The position numbers were made by a program, and so were the translations under genes. The notes under the pieces are model-generated. The model did no database searches, was not told where the DNA came from, and was given only the letters and a program-made list of their open reading frames with translations. From contig OZ250165.1 in NCBI GenBank assembly GCA_965238005.1, forward strand, positions 1,504,001 to 1,568,000: a stretch of 64,000 nucleotides of DNA, read 5' to 3'. Of the stretch, positions 58,231 through 64,000 are shown in pieces (positions within the stretch are counted from its first letter, which is position 1; every line of letters starts with the position of its first letter). The stretch is from Longimicrobiales bacterium (lineage in GTDB: Bacteria; Gemmatimonadota; Gemmatimonadetes; Longimicrobiales; Gaopeijiaceae).

Positions 58231-59884
58231 ATGGAACTGAAGGATCGAACAGTGCTCGTCTTGGGAGGCGCGGGCCTCGTGGGCTTCGCGGTTGTGCGCC
58301 AGATGGCCGAGCATGCTCCGAGGAAGCTCGTCCTCACCTCCCTTCGCAGAAACGACGCGGAGGCGGCGGCCCGCGAGCTGGAAGGCCATCCGGGTGCGGC
58401 GAACACCGAGATCGAAGCGGAGTGGGGCGACCTATTCGTCCAGGACGACGTCTGTGAGCGACCCCGGGAGGAGATCCTTGGAGATCGGGAGGCCCGCGGC
58501 CGCATGGTGGACGACCTCTACGGCCCCCTCACCCAGGAGGTTCTCGAGCGCTCGGCCCTGGGCAGCTTGCTAGCCCGGGTGCGCCCGGACGTCATCGTGG
58601 ACTGTGTGAACACGGCGGGTGCCTTGGCCTACCAGGACGCTTTCGTCTCTGCTGCGGAGTTGCGTTCCAAAGCGGATGATGGTGCGGTGGACGGCGAGGC
58701 CGTGGAGCGTCACCTCTTGACCCTGTACCTGCCGCAGCTCACGCGGCACGTACAGATCGCCCTCGAGGGGATGAGGCAGGCGGGGACCGGGATCTATGTG
58801 AAGGTGGGGACCGTGGGCACCGGGGGTATGGGCCTCAACATTCCGTTCACCCACTCCGAGGAGCGACCCTCGCGAGTGCTCCTCGCGAAGTCGGGATTGG
58901 CGGGTGCTCACACGCTCCTCCTCTACCTCATGGCCCGGACGCCCGGTGCCACGGCCGTGAAGGAGGTCAAGCCGACCGCGGCCGTATCCTGGAGGTCGAT
59001 CTGCTTCGGTCCCATCACGAAAGGTGGGTGTCCGCTTCAACTCTCGGACTCGACGGGCCCCCTCCCGGTGGCCGAGGCCTTCGCCGATGGAGCCGGAGGG
59101 TTCAAGAGGCTGGATGAGCCTCTGGCAGGCGTCTACATCGACGGGGGAGAACGGGCTCTTCTCGCTTCCCGAGCTCGAGGCCCTCACCTCCCTCGGGCTC
59201 ATGGAGTTCGTGACACCTGAGGAGATCGCCGAGAACGTTCTCCGCGAGATCCAGGGACACCCCACGGGCCGGGACGTGGTGTCGGCCCTCGCCGCCGCCA
59301 CCATGGGGCCGACGTATCGAGCGGGTGTCCTGCGCAGCGAGGCCCTCGGGGCCATGGAGCGTCTCGAGGCGGAGCACGGCATCGAGTCGGTGGCCTACGA
59401 GATGTTGGGCCCACCGCGGCTGTCCAAGCTGCTCTTCGAGGCGGCGATCCTCGAGCGGCTCTACGTCGTCATGGCCGCCGCCGCCGAGCTGGATCCGGAC
59501 GCCGCCGCCCGGCGGAGCCAGGAGCTCATCGAGGCAGACGCCGATCTGCGCAAACGCATCCTGACGATCGGACTGCCTATTCTGCTGCCCGACGGGGACT
59601 CTGTCCTGCGGGGTGCCATGGTGAAGGTGCTGCCCGAGCCCCACCTGAGCCCCACCGACGACAGGATCGTGACGGCGGGTTGGGTGGACCTCCGGTCCAG
59701 CAACTGGAGCGTGTGGCGGGATCGCATCAGGGGGGTCGCCGTCGAGATTCAGGACCGTCCGGGAGTTCTGGAGGGGTCTCAGGGCGATCAGGAGTTCGGC
59801 GACGCCGAAGGACAGATTCGCCCGGGACGCATGGCGGCGTGGATCTTCCGGTACGAGGACAAGGGCGAGCGCATCAAACGTTAG
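58231..59884 (+). pseudogene. Rossmann-fold (SDR-like) protein split by a frameshift near 59145
   Basis: GGAGLVG N-terminus; the coding-like frame switches at a G-run from ...VYID to GENGLFS... Confidence 0.7.
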
Positions 59885-59899
59885 CGTCCCCGGGGATTC

Positions 59900-60024
59900 T
59901 AGTGTGGTGTCCCAGAAGTTCGCGAGCCGAGCGACCTTCATGCTCGTCGTCAGCGCCGAGTCGACCGCGAGACGATCGAGCGCAGCGAGATCAATGGCCG
60001 AGGCACTTCTGGGACACCACACTA
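59900..60024. mobile_element. 125-bp MITE with perfect 20-bp TIRs ending in TA (IS630-like)
   Basis: TAGTGTGGTGTCCCAGAAGT / ACTTCTGGGACACCACACTA; overlaps the pcm stop codon. Confidence 0.85.
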
Positions 60025-60681
60025 CAGGTCGACCCCGCTCGGCCACCCCTCGGACCCTACCAGGGGGACGAACGAGCAGTTCAGGAGGCGCTCGGTGACG
60101 TACTCGTTCCCCGTTCGCGTGTAGCGGATCAGGGACTGCTGGCGCCGCGGTCCCACCGGGATGACCAGTCGACCGCCGTCCTCGTTCACCTGGCTCTTGA
60201 GAGCGGGTGGGACCGACGGAGCGCCGGCAGTGACGATGATGGCGTCGAAGGGTACCTCTTCGGGCCAACCCAAGGACCCGTCCCCCACCCAAAACCGCAC
60301 GTTCGAGACGCCCAGGGCCGCGAGGCGCTCCTCCGCCGCGGCCTGGAGGTCGCGAAGGCGCTCGATGGTGAAGACTTCTGCGGCGATGGCGCTGAGCACG
60401 GCGGACTGATATCCGCTGCCCGTTCCCACCTCCAGGACCCGGTCCTCCGGCCCCAGCCGCAGCGCCTCGGTCATGGCGGCGACCATGTAGGGCTGGCTCA
60501 CCGTCTGGCCGTGGCCCAGGGGCACTGCACGATCCCGATAGGCCCAGGACTGACGATCCTCGGGGAGAAAGTCCTCCCGAGGCACCCATGCCATGGCCTC
60601 CAGGACGCGGGTGTCGACGATGCCGCGGGCCACGAGCTGGCTCTCGACCATGGCCATCCGTTCCCTTGTCATGTCGGGCAC
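60022..60681 (-). CDS. pcm: Protein-L-isoaspartate O-methyltransferase
   Basis: GQTVSQP, LEVGTGSGYQ, GDG..GW...PFD.I and FVPL motifs. Confidence 0.95.
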   Translation of the reverse strand: MPDMTRERMAMVESQLVARGIVDTRVLEAMAWVPREDFLPEDRQSWAYRDRAVPLGHGQTVSQPYMVAAMTEALRLGPEDRVLEVGTGSGYQSAVLSAIAAEVFTIERLRDLQAAAEERLAALGVSNVRFWVGDGSLGWPEEVPFDAIIVTAGAPSVPPALKSQVNEDGGRLVIPVGPRRQQSLIRYTRTGNEYVTERLLNCSFVPLVGSEGWPSGVDL

Positions 60682-60840
60682 CGGCAGTCTCCTGGAAGAC
60701 CGGCCCGGCGAGTCGGCCGGTGAGACGTCCTGGGTGTTCCTGCCTCCTACTCTAGCGGGAACCTAACGGTCTTTCACGGTCGAGGGGTGGCAGGTAACGT
60801 GGAGGCTCGATCCGCACGGACCCCGACCGGGCAGGAGCCC

Positions 60841-61479
60841 ATGACCGAGTTTCCCACCCTGACCGTTCTCGAGCATCCGCTCATTCACCACAAGCTCTCA
60901 CTCTTGAGGGACAAGACCACTCCGAAGAAGCGGTTCAAGGAGCTGGTGGACGAGATTGCCATGCTCATGGCGTACGATGCCACCCGGGGGCTGGAGACGG
61001 AGGAGGTGGAGATCGAGACGCCCCTGGAGACCACGACCTGTCAGCGCATCCGGGGCAAGAAACTGGTGCTGGTTCCGATCCTCCGCGCAGGCCTCGGGAT
61101 GGTGGAGGGCATTCTGAGGCTGATTCCCAGTGCCCGGGTCGGCCACGTGGGGCTCTACCGGGACGAAGACACCCTCGAGCCGATGGAGTACTACTTCAAG
61201 GTCCCGCCCGAGGGTGAAGTCCGGCACTTCATCCTGTTGGACCCCATGTTGGCCACAGGTGGATCGGCCTCGGCGGCGGTCGACGCCCTCAAGAAGCGGG
61301 GCGCGGCGGGCATACGCTTCATGTGTATTGTTGCTGCCCCCGAGGGTGTCCGCCGATTCGCCGCGGATCATCCGGACGTTCCCATCTTCGCCGCCGCGTT
61401 GGACCGCGAGCTCAACGAGATCGGCTACATCGTCCCAGGGTTGGGAGACGCCGGCGACCGTCTCTTCGGAACGAAGTGA
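60841..61479 (+). CDS. upp: Uracil phosphoribosyltransferase
   Basis: [18 protein letters not shown] and [12 protein letters not shown] motifs. Confidence 0.97.
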   Translation: MTEFPTLTVLEHPLIHHKLSLLRDKTTPKKRFKELVDEIAMLMAYDATRGLETEEVEIETPLETTTCQRIRGKKLVLVPILRAGLGMVEGILRLIPSARVGHVGLYRDEDTLEPMEYYFKVPPEGEVRHFILLDPMLATGGSASAAVDALKKRGAAGIRFMCIVAAPEGVRRFAADHPDVPIFAAALDRELNEIGYIVPGLGDAGDRLFGTK

Positions 61480-61550
61480 CTTCGGCTCCGGTGGTCGCCG
61501 TCGCGCACTTGGATCGAGAGTGGGCGTGCGATTACCTTGGTCGTGAGTAC

Positions 61551-61624
<74 letters not shown>

Positions 61625-62069
61625 CTTGTGGACGGCCACGTAGTACCTCACACGTCGAGGTGTTACGTGGCGTTTTGTTCTTGGCATACGGAAGCGGGAA
61701 CTGTCAGAACAGTAACAGAAAGCCTCTGTGTCCGAATGCCCAGGAGGCGCTGAAGTGCAGGCGTGAGATCTCCCTCGAGGACATCGCACTCTGTCGGCAG
61801 CTGATGGTGTGCGAGCGACAGGCCGGGAGCCAAAACTTCAACACAGAGGGGGCGGATGGGTTTTCGCGGACCACGGCGGTTATGTGCCAGGCACGACGGC
61901 CACGCTTTTCCACGATCAGGCGAACCGTCGTTCTGGCGATCGGCCCGACGGTCGGCTCGATCGTCAGCCGCCGGCGTCAGGCATACCCTTGGTCTTGCCG
62001 GTTCCTCCCGGGCCATCGTTGCCTTCTACGAGGCCGCCCGGCCCACCGTCACCTCCATTGGTGACCGGG

Positions 62070-62190
62070 AGAAAACTGACGGGACGTTCAACGACGAGCG
62101 GCGGAGACTCTACGAGATCGCGCTGGACGTGCAGAAGACGGTGATCTCCAGAATCCGGCCCGGCGTGACCTGGCGCGAGCTTCACAGGGT
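62070..62190 (+). pseudogene. Xaa-Pro aminopeptidase (M24) internal fragment
   Basis: DGTFN..RR.LYEIAL..QK..I..IRPGVT..ELH. Confidence 0.6.
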
Positions 62191-62323
62191 GAGGGGCGGG
62201 TCCACGCGGAGCTTGCGCGTGGATCGGCCTTCCGCTTGACTCCTTGTACGCTTGCTTGCACGTCCCGCCACGCCCGTACACTTTGGGCCGTTCCCTTTCA
62301 AGCTGTGTGATGGAGAGGTCATC

Positions 62324-62659
62324 ATGAGAGGTCGCGCTGGTCTTGGGGCGTTGCTCGTTCTGCTGGTCGCCGGTCCTTTGCAGGCCCAGGAGCCGCTCTT
62401 TACGGACGCTTTCCCTACGGAGGAGTTCTCCGCTCGCCGGGGCCGGGTCCTGGATCTGATCGGCGACGCCGTGGTAGTCATGCAGGGTGCCACGGAGTAC
62501 CCGGGCTACATCAAGTTCCGTCAGACCGGGTATGAGAATCTCTCCGGGTTCGTGCCTGTCGAGATTGATGACATCGAGCGACTGATGGCGGAGGAGGGCT
62601 GGGCGGAGAGGCTTTGGAAAAGGCGTCAAACTACCACATCGGACGAATCCGGCCGATGA
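62324..62659 (+). pseudogene. Aminopeptidase P-like gene with a large internal deletion
   Basis: Signal peptide plus F..EEF.ARR...FRQ joined directly to the C-terminal GYENLS..VP.EI..IE.LM. Confidence 0.7.
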
Positions 62660-62675
62660 CCGGAGAGGCTTTCTG

Positions 62676-64000
62676 ATGGCCCCGCGCCGGCGCGGTCTCG
62701 AGGGGTCGGTCATCACGGGGACGCTCAGGCTCATCGATCGGCGGGTGCGGCTGAATGGAGCGCTGGACCACCTGTCGATCGCGGTCTGCGTCGTCCTCGG
62801 GGTGCTGCTGCTCTTCCAGGTGGGGAAGATGCTGCTCCCCATCGCTCCGCCTCCGAACCTCTCGGTGATCGGAGCTTCCGTTGTCCTATTCGCCGTCTTC
62901 CTTGCCTGGTCCCAGCGGGGGGGTAGTCGTCTCGCCCGGGCTGCCGCGGTCGCCGACGAACAGGGCGGCCTCCACGACGAGATCAAGACCGCGCACTGGT
63001 TCATGGGTCAGGGCGGCGAGTCGCCGTGGATCGATCTTCAGCTGACCAGGGCGGCAGACACCGCGCGACGTCTCGATGCTCGGCGCCTGGTTCCGACCAC
63101 CGTCCCACGGCGCTTTTGGACGGCTCTCGGACTCTTCGCCGCTCTCCAGATTCTGTCCCTCGTCCCCATGGAAGGGCCGCTGCTCACCTTCGCGTCGGCC
63201 GCGGATTCGACGGCCCTCGCCCAGGCCCAGGTCCGACAGCTCGAAGACATCCGGGATCTGGTGGAAGGCGCCGAGGAGCTGGAGGGCGAAGACGACTCGG
63301 AGGCCATGGCACAGCTCGAGGAGACTCTACGGGAGCTCCAGGCCGAGCAGTTGACCATGGAGGAGCTCCTGCGCGATCTCCGCGAGGCCAAGAGCATCCT
63401 CGACGAGGGCAAGCTCGAGATGAACGCCCTCGAGGAGGCCTTGGCCGGCCTCGCTCAGGAGTTCGAGGACTCCAACGAGCTTGGCGATCTGGCCGAGGCC
63501 ATGAAAGACGAGGATCTGGCCTTGGCGTCTGAGCTCATGCGCGAGCTTGCGGACAACCTGTCCGGGCTGACGGAAAAGGAAGCCGCCGAGCTGATGGCGC
63601 AGCTCCGAGAGGCAAGCATGTCCGATCTGCCCGGCCTGGAGGAGCTCCTCGAGTCTCTCCAGGAGGCTGCGGAGGCCATGGAGAACCGGGAGATGGGGGA
63701 CGCCCAGGAAGCCCTTGAAGAGGCGGCCGAGCGCATGGAGGAGATGGCCCGACGCCAGGAAGCACAGGAGGGAAGGAACGAGGCGTCACGCCGGATGCAG
63801 GCAATGCAGGAGTCCGCCACTGAATCGCAGATTGGGATGCAGCAGCTGTTCGGTCTGCAGCAGGGCGACTCCGGGGGTGAGGAATCCGCCGAGGCCGGCA
63901 TGGCCATGCCCTCTGACGAGGTGAAGAGATCCGCCGGCAGCAGCGAGGCGCAGGACCCCAGCGGTCCCCCGGGCCACGCCACCAGCGAGCCCACGGGTTC
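62676..64000 (+). CDS. Membrane-anchored acidic coiled-coil protein (partial, runs off the window)
   Basis: Frame appears open from ATG 62676 to the window end; N-terminal TM helices, then E/Q/A-rich helices. Confidence 0.75.
   Translation, partial: MAPRRRGLEGSVITGTLRLIDRRVRLNGALDHLSIAVCVVLGVLLLFQVGKMLLPIAPPPNLSVIGASVVLFAVFLAWSQRGGSRLARAAAVADEQGGLHDEIKTAHWFMGQGGESPWIDLQLTRAADTARRLDARRLVPTTVPRRFWTALGLFAALQILSLVPMEGPLLTFASAADSTALAQAQVRQLEDIRDLVEGAEELEGEDDSEAMAQLEETLRELQAEQLTMEELLRDLREAKSILDEGKLEMNALEEALAGLAQEFEDSNELGDLAEAMKDEDLALASELMRELADNLSGLTEKEAAELMAQLREASMSDLPGLEELLESLQEAAEAMENREMGDAQEALEEAAERMEEMARRQEAQEGRNEASRRMQAMQESATESQIGMQQLFGLQQGDSGGEESAEAGMAMPSDEVKRSAGSSEAQDPSGPPGHATSEPTG

Noticed and set aside
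61640..61980. Possible IS end remnant after tRNA-Ile2
   Set aside because: No partner inverted repeat or transposase motif was identifiable, and no duplicated tRNA 3' end is in the window.

Overview
This is a GC-rich bacterial chromosome window. The gene content is compatible with Gemmatimonadota, but that is inference only. The left flank is core: an HD-GYP protein, valS, an Ig-like lipoprotein, selA, gmhB, erpA, an MBL hydrolase, purN, purH and tRNA-Ser(TGA). A ~10.2 kb tailless phage-satellite-like element (11598-21843) is integrated at the tRNA-Ser 3' end between 14-bp att repeats. It carries an integrase, AlpA, TerL, HNH, an HK97-type capsid, a P-loop protein, protease, connector, adaptor, a gp10-like gene and portal, but no tail, lysis, or recognisable primase/TerS genes. 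It resembles a capsid-forming PICI with an atypical gene order. A decayed accessory region follows to ~45.4 kb. It holds integrase remnants, a Nif11-type RiPP precursor fragment, IS3/IS256 elements, proline peptidases, an acyl-CoA ligase, a degenerate tRNA-Ser with a 79-bp T-loop insertion, a PQQ dehydrogenase between 54-bp direct repeats, moaA, two tenA-like genes, ispG between MITE ends and a broken spermidine-synthase-like gene. The right flank is core: gltX, a LexA homologue lacking autocleavage residues, tadA, NhaC, pyrRBC, a PqqB-like hydrolase, rpsT, an M50 protease, scpAB, rluB, a split SDR-like gene, pcm, upp and tRNA-Ile2, then pseudogene debris and a partial membrane coiled-coil gene. 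All calls come from reading motifs by eye; no database searches were run.
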